This document shows positions 8,597-18,547 of a stretch of 64,000 bases of DNA, in pieces; the stretch's first letter is position 1, and each line of letters opens with the position of its first letter. Location: the IMG/VR virus record IMGVR_UViG_3300029954_000006; one strand, 5' to 3'. This DNA is from an uncultured virus (IMG/VR IMGVR_UViG_3300029954_000006) (lineage: Duplodnaviria; Heunggongvirae; Uroviricota; Caudoviricetes). The notes under the pieces were generated by a model, which was not told where the DNA came from, searched no databases, and saw nothing but the letters and a program-made list of their open reading frames with translations. The position numbers were made by a program, and so were the translations under genes.

Positions 8597-9136
8597 TCAG
8601 GCGGCCCCCGCGATCCTGTAGCGTTCGATCGTGACCTTGGTGGAGCGGCCAAAGATCGTGACCAGCAGTTCCGTGGTGTAGCCGTCGCACGCGAGCACGG
8701 TGGCCGGGAAACCCTGAAACGGCCCGTCCTCGATCCGAACCACCTGGCCGACGGCGAAAATGGGCATTTTAGCCGCGTCGAGCAGCGGCTTTTCCGCGTC
8801 GAGAGCCATCAGCCACGCGATCAGTTTGTCGTCCACCGGGACGGGGCGGCCTTCCGGCGTCGTGAGAATGTTGCGCACCCCGGCGAGGCGGTGGATCGGT
8901 TGCCAGGGATCGGCGTCGTAATCGTGCTGGACGAAGCAATACCCGGCGAAACGCGGAACCAGGGATTTGCGCCACATCGACCAGACCACGGGGTCGCGCT
9001 GCCGGACGGCGATGTACGGCAGATAGGAGCGATAGCCGGCGAGCGACATCTCCTGCGTCGCGAGACGTTCGGCCTGCGGGTGCGTGGCGACGGCGAGCCA
9101 GCGCGGGCCGCCGGATTTCGGCCAGGTCGTTTGCAT
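8597..9136 (-). CDS. NusG/RfaH-like antiterminator (NGN + KOW); start uncertain
   Basis: RWLAVATHPQAE...PRFAGYCFV...GVRNIL...VGQVVRIEDGPFQGF...LVTIFGRSTKV. Confidence 0.88.
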   Translation of the reverse strand: MQTTWPKSGGPRWLAVATHPQAERLATQEMSLAGYRSYLPYIAVRQRDPVVWSMWRKSLVPRFAGYCFVQHDYDADPWQPIHRLAGVRNILTTPEGRPVPVDDKLIAWLMALDAEKPLLDAAKMPIFAVGQVVRIEDGPFQGFPATVLACDGYTTELLVTIFGRSTKVTIERYRIAGAA

Positions 9137-9633
9137 CGGCGTCGGCTTGGCCTTGTGTTTCCTGCCGGCGCCGTCGCGCCGCCCGCCATGTCCGGATCTT
9201 GATTGTTTGGCGTCAGATCGGCATGGCTGCGCAGGCGCGACACCTAAGCCATTGATGTCCGCCCTGCTCTTGCGATCTGCACCCGCGCGCGACCTTTCGC
9301 AAGGGGTATGAACAAACACCGGACGGATCGTCACACCCAGGTCGCCCTGATCGCCTGATCGGCCGCCGCCCATGGCCACACCCCGCCGGAGGCCGCGCAG
9401 ACGGGCGAGCACCAGCCCCGCACGTCGGTTCCGACCACGACGTAGATGCTCGGCGCCCGCTCCGCGATCAGCACGCGGCAGGCGGCGCACGGCACCGCGG
9501 CCAGCACGATCTCGCCGGGGTTGTCGTTGGCGATCGACTTAGGCCGGCGCCGGCTCACGGATCGAACATCCATTCTATTCCTAGCCGTCAGAACCAGCCG
9601 ACCAAGGGTGCCGGGAGGCGACCCGATTTGCGC

Positions 9634-9855
9634 CCGGAACGAACGCGCCACCGTGCGCCACCGACAAGAAAAGCAGTGGCGCAAAATCGGCTTTGGGTTG
9701 GGGCCTCGCGATGCGCCACCCGCTCCCCTCTCTGTCCTCTGGACAGAGGGGAGCGGTGGCGCAAGGCGCGTGACCCGACGCCGCCCAGGGAATCCCACGA
9801 AAAAAAATCACCAGCCGGAACGAACGCGCCACCGTGCGCCACCGAATGCGCCACT
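9634..9855. repeat. Iteron-like GCGCCAC repeats and a long inverted repeat; putative replication origin
   Basis: 31-bp direct repeat at 9634-9664 and 9815-9845; imperfect hairpin at 9712-9763; A-tract; directly downstream of the AAA_25 gene. Confidence 0.65.
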
Positions 9856-9862
9856 GGCTTTG

Positions 9863-11128
9863 TCATTCCGTCGGCCTCCGGCTGCTGACACCGAGCCCGG
9901 CGCGCGCCTTGCGGGTTTCCGGGTCGCGGAATTGATTCTCAAAGAGCAACCCTTCCTTGAGCCAGGTCGCGATGGCGCGGATGGCGTCGGCGGGCGTGAG
10001 GCCGAGCATGTCGACGAGCACGTTTCCGGCCCATCGCCCGTTCTGGTGGTTTTTGGCGTACGGCAGGCCGTCCTTTCCGGCGGCAATGACGTCCAACGCC
10101 TGATTGATCGCCGCCGGCGTTTGCTGGGAAATGGCAGACTTTGGCGGCGTCCATGCCTCGATCACCTGGAGATTGTCGCCCCTCGGATAAAAGGCGTCGC
10201 CATTTCCGAGCGGCATCGAGGTGAGCCGGAACCAACGGGCGTCCTCGGCCGTCGGCGATAGATTCACCTTGGCGTCGTCAAGGCGGATGTATTGCCGCCG
10301 CTCGTTGTCCTTGATGCCGAGCTTCTCGACATCCGCAAGCGTCGCGGCGGTGAGGGTGAATGTGGACCGGCTGGCATGGACGAGCGCGCTGGCGCCGCGT
10401 CCAGAGTCAGGGTCGCCGGCCACCGCGCCCTTGCGGGTATGATGGATCAGCACCACGGAGCATCCGGTGTCGTTGGCGATTTCCGACCATGCGCGGGCCA
10501 AGGCGTTGATCTGCGTGTTGTCGTTTTCGTCCAGGCCGTGTGAGTTCACGACGGGGTCGATGATGAGCACGTCGATCTTCATGCCCCGGATGAGGTCGGT
10601 GAGCGCGGCCTTGTCGGGAAACACCATCTCGCCGGCGCGGTTGAGTTCCGCCATCACGAGATGCCGCGCGCGCCCGTCAATCAGACTGACGCGGCCCCGG
10701 AGTTCATCGGGGTGGATCGCGTAGCGCAGCATCGCCGCCGCCACGCGCCGGTCGAATTCTTCCTCCGGGTCCTCTAGGGACGCGAACAGCACATGCGCCT
10801 GGTGATGGACATAATCACCGATCAGGCCGCGACCGAGCGCCAGCGACAGGCCGGCGGCGATTGACCAGGAGGTTTTGCCGACCCCGCCGGGCGCGATGAT
10901 GACGGTGACCATGCGCCGCAGCAACACCGTCCCGTACAGCCATTGCCGCGGGACGATCTGTTCGCCCGCGAGAAGCGCGGCCGGCTTGATGACCAGCGCG
11001 GACGGTCGGGGATTGGCGGCGAGGGCGGGGTGCGGCACCACGTTGTCGCCGTAGACGGCGTTGATAACACCGTCATACGCCGCGAGCCGTTCGCGTATCT
11101 CTTTCATGGGGTCCGTTTCGTCCACCAT
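9863..11128 (-). CDS. AAA_25 / RSF1010 RepA-like helicase
   Basis: Walker A APGGVGKT; Walker B VLIIDP; DENDN; VLIHHTRKG; GRGASAL. Confidence 0.88.
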   Translation of the reverse strand: MVDETDPMKEIRERLAAYDGVINAVYGDNVVPHPALAANPRPSALVIKPAALLAGEQIVPRQWLYGTVLLRRMVTVIIAPGGVGKTSWSIAAGLSLALGRGLIGDYVHHQAHVLFASLEDPEEEFDRRVAAAMLRYAIHPDELRGRVSLIDGRARHLVMAELNRAGEMVFPDKAALTDLIRGMKIDVLIIDPVVNSHGLDENDNTQINALARAWSEIANDTGCSVVLIHHTRKGAVAGDPDSGRGASALVHASRSTFTLTAATLADVEKLGIKDNERRQYIRLDDAKVNLSPTAEDARWFRLTSMPLGNGDAFYPRGDNLQVIEAWTPPKSAISQQTPAAINQALDVIAAGKDGLPYAKNHQNGRWAGNVLVDMLGLTPADAIRAIATWLKEGLLFENQFRDPETRKARAGLGVSSRRPTE

Positions 11129-11574
11129 GATTCCGACATCCGAATTTCTTTGGCCGCCTGCTCGGTGGCCTGCTGAACAAGGTACGCAGGCGGCAGCGGG
11201 TCATGGCGCGCCGCGCAGGACGCGGCGGCGGCGGCCGCGGCGTTGCGATCACCCCGCTCGTTGATTTGTGCGCGCGCGGCGGCTGTCATCGCGCGGAACG
11301 CGGCGGCGTGCGCCTCTCCGTGCCGACCAATCGCCTCATCCAGGAATCGCTCCACGGCGTCGCGCAGCTTGATGGTGAACGCCATCTCGCCTGCCCTGAT
11401 CTGGTGGGCGTCGAACCACAAAGCCCTGGCGTGTAGCACCTGCACCGCGTCTTTCACGGAGTAGACGCTCCACCAGTACAGCGTCGCGCATTGCTCGATG
11501 TCGTGTGCAAGCCTAGCGCGTAGCCATGCCATCTCCGCCGCGGGGTGGCCATGCACGGTGACGGCGGCGCTCAT
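11104..11574 (-). CDS. Hypothetical protein
   Basis: Coupled ORF in the replication operon. Confidence 0.6.
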   Translation of the reverse strand: MSAAVTVHGHPAAEMAWLRARLAHDIEQCATLYWWSVYSVKDAVQVLHARALWFDAHQIRAGEMAFTIKLRDAVERFLDEAIGRHGEAHAAAFRAMTAAARAQINERGDRNAAAAAAASCAARHDPLPPAYLVQQATEQAAKEIRMSESWWTKRTP

Positions 11575-11795
11575 GGCGCGTCAAACACGCGAACGAGACT
11601 CTTCATTGCGTGGTTGGTGCCATCCACCTCCACGATGATTTGCTCGGTCGGCAGGTGGGCGGCGATCATCATGACGAGCGCCGCCAGCAGATCCTGCCGG
11701 GCCGCGCAGAATCTCGCGTACGCGATGGTCCTGCGCGCCTCGTCCAAGCGGGGGGGCGCCTGTGCCGGCGCGTTCTCGTTGGCCAGATCAATCAT
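11571..11795 (-). CDS. Hypothetical protein
   Basis: Coupled ORF. Confidence 0.55.
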   Translation of the reverse strand: MIDLANENAPAQAPPRLDEARRTIAYARFCAARQDLLAALVMMIAAHLPTEQIIVEVDGTNHAMKSLVRVFDAP

Positions 11796-12193
11796 AGCGC
11801 GCGCACCAGGTCGAGCCCGTCCCGGACGCTGCGCAAAATGGCGGAAAACCCGCCGGCCTGGTGGACGGCGACGCGCCAGTTTGCCTGCTCCACCTCGCGC
11901 GCGGGGGCCGTCCTGGCACCCGGTGGCTTCACTTCCCCGGAGGAGAACACGGCCACCTTGGCGCCGACCATGCGCGGCGTGATGACGATCGACGTCCAGC
12001 CGATCAAATCCGCGGAGCCGGTGACGAGGCCCGTGGTGACGCGCACCGGGTGCGCCAGCGTGACGGTTTGGGTGTCGCGGTGAATCACCTCGCCGACCCA
12101 GCCGAGGGCGACGTTGTTCCGGAAAAGCCGGGCGTGCGGGAGCTTGCCGACGGCCAGCCGGATGTCCGCCTGGAGCTGGCTTTCCACCATCAT
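11792..12193 (-). CDS. VRR-NUC-like nuclease
   Basis: ESQLQADIRLA...LFRNNV...GSADLIGW...EVK...EQANW...AGG. Confidence 0.8.
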   Translation of the reverse strand: MMVESQLQADIRLAVGKLPHARLFRNNVALGWVGEVIHRDTQTVTLAHPVRVTTGLVTGSADLIGWTSIVITPRMVGAKVAVFSSGEVKPPGARTAPAREVEQANWRVAVHQAGGFSAILRSVRDGLDLVRAL

Positions 12194-13578
12194 GCCGCCC
12201 ACCGCCGCGCCCGGCCGGTCGCGCGCAGGTTCATCTGGATCTGGGTCCAGCGGCGGTGATAGCCGCGGGCGCGGCGTATCGCCTCGAAATCGTCGCGGGT
12301 CTTCGCCGCATCCAGCAGCACGTTCAGCTTCTGTTCTCGCAGAAACTTCAGGCGTTCCGGGGTGATCTCCTCCAGCACGCCCTCGCGCTCGACGATGATC
12401 CGCTTGGTGGGCTTGACGGCGAACACGAAGCCGCAGGCCGGGCAGCGCGGCGCCGTGCGGAACGCCGCGTAGCATTTCGGGCAGCTCATCACGTTGGTTG
12501 CGCGCTCGCGCTTCAGGCGTCCCAAAAGACTCCAGGGACGCTCCTGGTCCGGCGGGTCGAATTTGAAAAAGGACCCGACATGATCGAGGATGACGGCGTG
12601 GGAGCCGTCCGCCTTGGGTCGGAGCGCGCGGCCCACCTGCTGCAAATAGATGATCAGGGATTGCGTCGGCCGCAGCAGCACGACGCCGGCGACCGCCGGT
12701 ATATCCGTGCCCTCGCTGATGAGGTCGCACGAGGTCAGGATTTGCAGGCGGCCGTCGCCGATCGCGGCGATCCGGCTGGCCCGCGTCGCGCCGTCCATCG
12801 CGCCGTCCACGCTGGCGGCGCGCCAGCCGGCGCGAGAAAACTGTTCGGCGACGTGCCCGGCGTGCTCGACGCTGACACAGAAGACGACGGCCGGCTTGCC
12901 AGCCAAATGCTTGGCGTACGTGGCGATGGCGTCGCCGGTGATGATGGCCTTGTCCATGGCCTCGGCCAGCTCGCCGGTCACGTAATCCGCGCCGCGCGTC
13001 TGGACCGCGGAAAGGTCGGCGCGCACCGGCGGCGCGAAGTAGGAATAGTCAGCCAAATAGCCCTGCGAAATCAGTTCTCGCATCGACGGGCCGACAACCA
13101 TGGCGTCGAAGCACTCGCCGAGGGCGGTTCCGTCGGTGCGCGCGGCGGTCGCGGTCACACCAAAATGGTAGCTGCCGCGCCAAGCCTCCATGATACGTCG
13201 ATAGGTGCCGGCGGTGGCGTGGTGGGCTTCGTCAACGATCAGAAGTTTCGGGCGTCTTAATGTATCCAGACGATTTGCCACGGTTTGCACCATGCCCACC
13301 CGGACCGGCTCGTGGAAATCCGGCTTTCCCGCGGCGATCCAGCCATGGGGGACGCCGGCGGCGCGCAGCGCGGCGGCGATCTGCTGGACGATCTCGATAC
13401 GGTGCGCGGTGATGACCACGTCGTTGCCGCGGGCGGCCGTGCGCCGGGTGATGTCGGTGAAACAGACGGTCTTGCCTGCCCCCGTGGGGAGCACGCCGAG
13501 CACGCGCCCGTGGTGGCGGAACTGCTCGCTGATTCGCGCCATCCAATCGGCCTGGTAGGGGCGGACTATGACGCTCAA
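12190..13578 (-). CDS. DEAH-box SF2 helicase with C-terminal zinc ribbon (RadD-like)
   Basis: LPTGAGKT, DEAHH, TAT, QQVGRALR, CPKC...CPACG. Confidence 0.92.
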   Translation of the reverse strand: MSVIVRPYQADWMARISEQFRHHGRVLGVLPTGAGKTVCFTDITRRTAARGNDVVITAHRIEIVQQIAAALRAAGVPHGWIAAGKPDFHEPVRVGMVQTVANRLDTLRRPKLLIVDEAHHATAGTYRRIMEAWRGSYHFGVTATAARTDGTALGECFDAMVVGPSMRELISQGYLADYSYFAPPVRADLSAVQTRGADYVTGELAEAMDKAIITGDAIATYAKHLAGKPAVVFCVSVEHAGHVAEQFSRAGWRAASVDGAMDGATRASRIAAIGDGRLQILTSCDLISEGTDIPAVAGVVLLRPTQSLIIYLQQVGRALRPKADGSHAVILDHVGSFFKFDPPDQERPWSLLGRLKRERATNVMSCPKCYAAFRTAPRCPACGFVFAVKPTKRIIVEREGVLEEITPERLKFLREQKLNVLLDAAKTRDDFEAIRRARGYHRRWTQIQMNLRATGRARRWAA

Positions 13579-13726
13579 GGAACGAAAACCCTTGTGGGTT
13601 TACCTAGCGGTTGCCTTGTTTTTGCCGGATGTTGGCCGCGCGTCGGCCGGCGCGCGAATCGTCGCCCCGCGAATCTATCGTTCGCCGAATGTTCCGGCCC
13701 GGCGCGCGCGGCGAAAACGGCCATCG

Positions 13727-14341
13727 TCAGGCGAACGGGTGGGCGTTGTCCGGCGCGGAATGCACGACCTCGACGTCGCCCAGCAGCGACGCCTGGTCTG
13801 GCTTGACGGCGGCCGGCGCGCGCTCGCCGACGTATTCCTTGGCGTCCGCGACGACGATCAGCACGGCGGCGCCGGTGGCGTCGATCAGGTTGTGGCGGCG
13901 TTGATCGAAGCGGCCGAGGATCAGCTGGGCGGTGATCCCGTCCTTGACGGTGACCTTCTCCAGCTTCGCCTTGATGGTCGATCGGCCCTGGCCGGCGATC
14001 AGCTCCACGGCCTTGCGCAGCACCGTCACCACGGCGGCTTCCACGGAAGCGACGGTCTCCTTCTGCGACGCCTCCGATCGCTGGTCCCACGGCCGGCGGT
14101 CCTGCTCGCGCCGGAGGCGATCGAGGATGAAGTCGCGGATGTCGCCGGACAGCGTGGCGACGGCGACGTCGATGGTGGTCGCCTCGGCGGCGGGGTCATC
14201 AACAAAATCATCGGCGAACATGGGATCATCGTCGGCGGGGGCGCCGAACAGCGGTTCGGGGGCCGCGCCGTTCTTCTTCTTGGCGGGCGCCCTGATCTTC
14301 GTGGGCGCGGTGTGACCGTTGGCCTTCTTCGGGCGTGCCAT
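13727..14341 (-). CDS. Conserved phage hypothetical protein
   Basis: Codon bias; follows the cro-like gene. Confidence 0.7.
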   Translation of the reverse strand: MARPKKANGHTAPTKIRAPAKKKNGAAPEPLFGAPADDDPMFADDFVDDPAAEATTIDVAVATLSGDIRDFILDRLRREQDRRPWDQRSEASQKETVASVEAAVVTVLRKAVELIAGQGRSTIKAKLEKVTVKDGITAQLILGRFDQRRHNLIDATGAAVLIVVADAKEYVGERAPAAVKPDQASLLGDVEVVHSAPDNAHPFA

Positions 14342-14360
14342 GGAAAATGCTCCAGCCGCC

Positions 14361-14588
14361 CTAGGCGGCTTTTCTGGAGGATGAAGCGTCGGGCAGCGGG
14401 AAATCGGCGTCGCGGACGGCGCCGGCGGTGGCTTCTTCAATCCGCCGCATGACGGGGCGCGGCGGCACGCGGGTGTGCGCGCAGTACTTGAATACCCGCT
14501 GCGCCGGGTATTTTCCGGCCACGCCGATGCGCGCCGCGAGCGCGGCGTAGGTCAGATTTTCGCGTCGACGCCATTCGTCCAGGGTCAT
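14361..14588 (-). CDS. Cro-like HTH regulator
   Basis: MTLDEWRRRENLTYAALAARIG...RIEEATAGAV; divergent from the cI-like gene. Confidence 0.85.
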   Translation of the reverse strand: MTLDEWRRRENLTYAALAARIGVAGKYPAQRVFKYCAHTRVPPRPVMRRIEEATAGAVRDADFPLPDASSSRKAA

Positions 14589-14594
14589 TTTCGG

Positions 14595-14622
14595 ATCATA
14601 GCCAGGAAGGCCACGGACGCAA
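14595..14622 (-). promoter_or_regulatory. Promoter of the cro-like gene with operator TAGCC-N5-GGCCA (14599-14613)
   Basis: Minus strand TTGCGT-16-TATGAT, 6 nt before the ATG. Confidence 0.65.
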
Positions 14623-14670
14623 CCGTGGTTGTCGCTAGGAAATCCGCCGAATCAGGGGCATCGTTCACCT

Positions 14671-15162
14671 ATGAGTGATCAAAATAGCAGGCCGAAGACG
14701 CGGATGCAGGAAATCCGCATCGCCCGGGGCGTGCGAATGAGCGACGCGGCGCGCGCGGCGGGGTTAACTCCGGACACCTTCTGGAAATTCGAGGCCGGGA
14801 AACGCCACCTGAATCACCTGGCCTGGGGCAAGATCGCGAAAAGCCTAGACTGCGCCCTGGTCGATCTGTTCGCGCCGATCGGCGCGCCGATCCCGCCGCC
14901 GGGTGCCCCAGACCGCCGCGAGGTCATCTACAGCGCGGATGAGCTGGCGCTGCTGCGGCTGTGGCGCGGTGCCCGTGAACCGTGGACCATCGTGGCTGAT
15001 CCCCTGGAATACGCCTGGCTGAATTTTGTGCGCGGCCTGGATGAAAGGGAGCACCGCGCCGTCACCTTGCTGCTCGCCGACCCCGAGCTGCGCAAGAGGG
15101 CGCTGCTGATGGTCCGCAAGGCGGACGGCGGCGTTCAGCGCCCCCGCAAGAAGGTGGCCTAA
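14671..15162 (+). CDS. cI-like XRE repressor without an S24 peptidase domain
   Basis: RMQEIRIARGVRMSDAARAAGLTPDTFWKFEAGKR HTH. Confidence 0.85.
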   Translation: MSDQNSRPKTRMQEIRIARGVRMSDAARAAGLTPDTFWKFEAGKRHLNHLAWGKIAKSLDCALVDLFAPIGAPIPPPGAPDRREVIYSADELALLRLWRGAREPWTIVADPLEYAWLNFVRGLDEREHRAVTLLLADPELRKRALLMVRKADGGVQRPRKKVA

Positions 15163-15430
15163 TCCGGGCGGACCGCTCCGGAAGTCCACACGTAACACGC
15201 TACCATTCATTGCCGTGTATCCCCTGCTGTTGTTTGTCGGGGCGCGCTTGGGCGGATGTTACGCGCGGTTGCGGAATTTACCTATGGGCGAATGAATACT
15301 ATTCATTGCGTGTTTAGGCCGCACGGATACTATATATTGATTCGCGCGACTTAAATTTGTTTCCAGGCGTGTCTTTGACAGCCGCGTTCACGATACGTTC
15401 ATGCGTATGCGAGTTGCGCGAAAAGAGGGG

Positions 15431-15460
15431 TTGTGTCCTTAGCCTACACGGCCATAGGCT
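15431..15460 (+). promoter_or_regulatory. Early-operon promoter with the same operator TAGCC-N5-GGCCA (15440-15454)
   Basis: TTGTGT-18-TAGGCT, 6 nt before ATG 15467; aligns with the cro promoter. Confidence 0.6.
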
Positions 15461-15466
15461 AGAGCG

Positions 15467-15799
15467 ATGCGCTGGAACCAGTCTCGCGTGATCGATCGAC
15501 CGGAGCCGGGCTTCTTCCGGCTGCGCTTCGCGCGCGGCGGCCCATGGATGCCCGCGCGCATCATCTTCGCGGCCGATCTGTGGGGCGCGGAAATCAACGG
15601 GCGCCCGGCGGGCCTGCCGCACCGTGACCCGCACATGGCCCCCGGCGTGATGCGGGTGTGGCAGGGCGGTCGACGCATAAACGCCGAGGATTACGCATAT
15701 CTGCTGACCCTCCTCGAATATGCCCAGGACCATCCCGCGCATCCGATGGCCGATCCTTGCTCAAGGATCGACGTCTCCCGGCTTCCCCCAGTGTTTTAG
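15467..15799 (+). CDS. Hypothetical protein
   Basis: First gene of the early operon. Confidence 0.7.
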   Translation: MRWNQSRVIDRPEPGFFRLRFARGGPWMPARIIFAADLWGAEINGRPAGLPHRDPHMAPGVMRVWQGGRRINAEDYAYLLTLLEYAQDHPAHPMADPCSRIDVSRLPPVF

Positions 15800-15805
15800 G
15801 AGCGC

Positions 15806-16624
15806 GTGGTGGCGACAAAAAGCCAGACCCGGCTGATGGCGGACGCCGGACTGTACGGTATCGGCCTGACACCGCCGGGCGTCGGCCACAATTCCGGCGA
15901 GCCCGAGGGCACGTTGATCCAGCTCGACATCGACGTTCTGAACCTTGAGCTGGGCCGGCGGCTGGAGCGGCACGAGGCGCGGCGCGATGAATTGCTGGCC
16001 GCCGTTGCGCGGTTCGACAAGGCCAACCCGGCGATCCGGTCCGACGACGTGCAACAGCGCGCCACCGATTTTGTCCGTCAGCTCCGGGCCTGGTCGAGAG
16101 AGGTGGAGGAGCATCGGAAGTTCGAGAAGCTGCCGGTGCTGAACGCGCAGCGCGCCGTCGACAATCTCTTTGCCGATTTCGCGGCGTCTATCGCGAAGGC
16201 CGCGCTCGACGTCGAAGCCAAGATGACGGGGTATGCGCGCCAAAAAGCCCGGCTCGCCCGGGAGCAGGCCGAGGCCGAGGCCACGCGGCTGCGCGCGGAG
16301 GCCGCCGAGCGGGAGCGCGCGGCCGCAACCCGCGGCGGCAGCCTGGACGGCGCCATCGCCGCCTCGCAGGCCGCCGACCAGGCGGCGCAGCGCGCCACGG
16401 CGCCGGCGGCCGAGCTGTCGCGGGTGCATTCCGATCTGGGCGGCGTCGCCAGCCTGCGCGCCACCGTGCGCCACCGGGTGATGAATTTCGACGCGATCCC
16501 GCGGCGCTATCTGGCACTCGATGACGCCGCGGTGAAGCTCGCCGGCAAAGGCTGGCGGCCGAACGATCCACAGCCGATCCCCGGTGTCGAGTTTTTCGTT
16601 GAAGAAAAGGTGGCCGTCCGATGA
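15806..16624 (+). CDS. Coiled-coil phage protein, possibly recombination-associated
   Basis: Coiled coil plus C-terminal NFDAIPRRYLALD...IPGVEFF. Confidence 0.7.
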   Translation: MVATKSQTRLMADAGLYGIGLTPPGVGHNSGEPEGTLIQLDIDVLNLELGRRLERHEARRDELLAAVARFDKANPAIRSDDVQQRATDFVRQLRAWSREVEEHRKFEKLPVLNAQRAVDNLFADFAASIAKAALDVEAKMTGYARQKARLAREQAEAEATRLRAEAAERERAAATRGGSLDGAIAASQAADQAAQRATAPAAELSRVHSDLGGVASLRATVRHRVMNFDAIPRRYLALDDAAVKLAGKGWRPNDPQPIPGVEFFVEEKVAVR

Positions 16625-18336
16625 GCGAGGCAATGCGGCTGGCGCCGTACCGGGGTGACACCCGCAACGCCGAAATTCTGGACCTGGTGAAAACCCAGGG
16701 TGGTTTCGATCGAGACCTGTGGACGGTGATGGAGCAACGCGACAACGCCCTGATCGCGTCGGAAATCCTGAACGGGCCGGGGTCCTCCAAATTCGTCTAC
16801 AAGTTCAGTATGGGGAGTACCGAGGTGACGGGGATCTCCGTCGTCGGCGCGCGCCAGTTGGCCTATCATTACGGTGGCATTGAGCATCGGTTAATCGCGG
16901 CGGTGCAGAAAACCGATGCGCTGTTTCAATATACGTCCTATCCGAGCAAGCACACGAAGATGCAGGTTTCGGCGGAAAACATCCCGGCGCTGGCAGGCAC
17001 GCCGGATTTCTACAAGTGCGTCGTTGAAGTTACGGATGCGAAGCAGGCTAACGTCAAGCAGGACGAGAAATCAGAATTTCGTTTTGAGCAGCGGCGGGAC
17101 GGCTCCTGGTTCGAGCGGCCCAATTACGAGATCATCGCCCAGAGCAAGGCATATCGAAACGCGGTGCTCGCGCTGATTCCGCAGGACGTGCAGATCGCGT
17201 GGAAGATCGAGATGCTGAAACTGCGCAAGGAAGAAGTGATCACGGGGAGCGTGCTGGAGGAAAAGCGCGGCGCCGTGCTGCGCTTCGCCGCCGCGAAGCA
17301 GGTCAACATCAATCGGCGCGCGCTCGAAGCATTGATGATGGAGCAAATATCAGGGCTTTCCGACGCCGCGCGCGGCGGTTTGGAGCAGTTTCTGGCCTCG
17401 GCCAGCGCGTTGGGCCTGCTCGCGGCCGAGTTGAAAAGCGTCTCGATGGCCGCGAGCCCGGCCGCGGAGAAGGCGGCGAAGCCGGGGACGGCCAAGCCGC
17501 CACCGGCGACGAAGGCGCCGGAACCCCAGGTCGATCGGTCGCCAGACCCGCCGCCCGCGGGTGAGGCGGCCACCGGGACCGCTCCCGCCGGGAAGGTGGC
17601 GAGCGCGGCGCCAGCGGAGGACGATTTCGAGGCGTATCTGTGCGACGAATACGGTGAGCCGCAGCGGGACGCCTCGTCGAACCCGATCGTCTATGTCGAC
17701 CCCGACCGCTGGGCGCGGGCGCTGGAGCACGCCATGAGTACCGCCAAAAACCCCGAGGCGCTGCTGGAGCAGAACAGCGACGCATTCGAGGACGCGGCGT
17801 CGCGCGGCAAGGCGGCGGCCGACATTCTCAACACGCTGCGCCCGTCGCCGGACGAGCCGCTGCTGGTGGAGCTGGTGAAGACGCGCTCCGGCAGCATCAA
17901 CGTGTCCGGCTACAAGACGGCGTTGTCGGCGCGCGCGTCCCGCGTCACCGCCGGGGAGATGTTGGATTTCGCGGCGGCGAACCGCCCGACGATCATGGGT
18001 TTGCCGCAAACCGCGAGACTGCAATGTGTCTCGATTATTCAGGCCAGGGCCAATCAACTCAACATTGCGCTGCCGCAATATGGCGCCGTCGACGCACCGG
18101 CCGCGGCGGGGGGCGAAAACGCCACGTCGGCGGTGGACCGGGAACGCGCGCGGGCGGATGAATTCAAGGCCGAGTTGGACCGCTGCGCCAACGAGAACGA
18201 TCTTCGGCTGTTCGCCGGCGGTGATCTCGTGAAAGCGGTGTTGTCCAGGTGGGACCGCGATCACCCGGAACTGGCGGCGGAAATCCGGCGGCACGCCGAG
18301 GAGCGGCTTGCCGCGGTGGCGAAACGGGGCGGCTAA
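16621..18336 (+). CDS. Large hypothetical protein (globular N-terminus, Pro/Ala linker; possible annealase)
   Basis: 571-aa coupled ORF; function inferred from position only. Confidence 0.65.
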   Translation: MSEAMRLAPYRGDTRNAEILDLVKTQGGFDRDLWTVMEQRDNALIASEILNGPGSSKFVYKFSMGSTEVTGISVVGARQLAYHYGGIEHRLIAAVQKTDALFQYTSYPSKHTKMQVSAENIPALAGTPDFYKCVVEVTDAKQANVKQDEKSEFRFEQRRDGSWFERPNYEIIAQSKAYRNAVLALIPQDVQIAWKIEMLKLRKEEVITGSVLEEKRGAVLRFAAAKQVNINRRALEALMMEQISGLSDAARGGLEQFLASASALGLLAAELKSVSMAASPAAEKAAKPGTAKPPPATKAPEPQVDRSPDPPPAGEAATGTAPAGKVASAAPAEDDFEAYLCDEYGEPQRDASSNPIVYVDPDRWARALEHAMSTAKNPEALLEQNSDAFEDAASRGKAAADILNTLRPSPDEPLLVELVKTRSGSINVSGYKTALSARASRVTAGEMLDFAAANRPTIMGLPQTARLQCVSIIQARANQLNIALPQYGAVDAPAAAGGENATSAVDRERARADEFKAELDRCANENDLRLFAGGDLVKAVLSRWDRDHPELAAEIRRHAEERLAAVAKRGG

Positions 18337-18547
18337 ATGACCGCGCTCATTAAGGTATCACCATGCTCGCCGCTTTCTACCTGTTGCTGATCACCAACAG
18401 CGGCGTCTCGGCGTCCGCCTATGCGAGCCGCGATTTCTGCGAGGCGGCACGGGCGGCGGTCGCGGCGATCGACGCCCAGGCCCGTGGGGTTTGCGTCAGC
18501 AGCGGCGCCGTCGAGCGCGCCGGCGAGATGGCAGAGGCCACCAGGCG

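Noticed and set aside
9634..9855. Repeats as a mini-CRISPR array
   Set aside because: Only two 31-bp copies 150 bp apart, nested short iterons, and no cas genes
15163..15430. AT-rich intergenic region as a tRNA or known ncRNA
   Set aside because: No cloverleaf or T-loop motif; only a short palindrome (AATGAAT-ACT-ATTCATT); likely regulatory DNA
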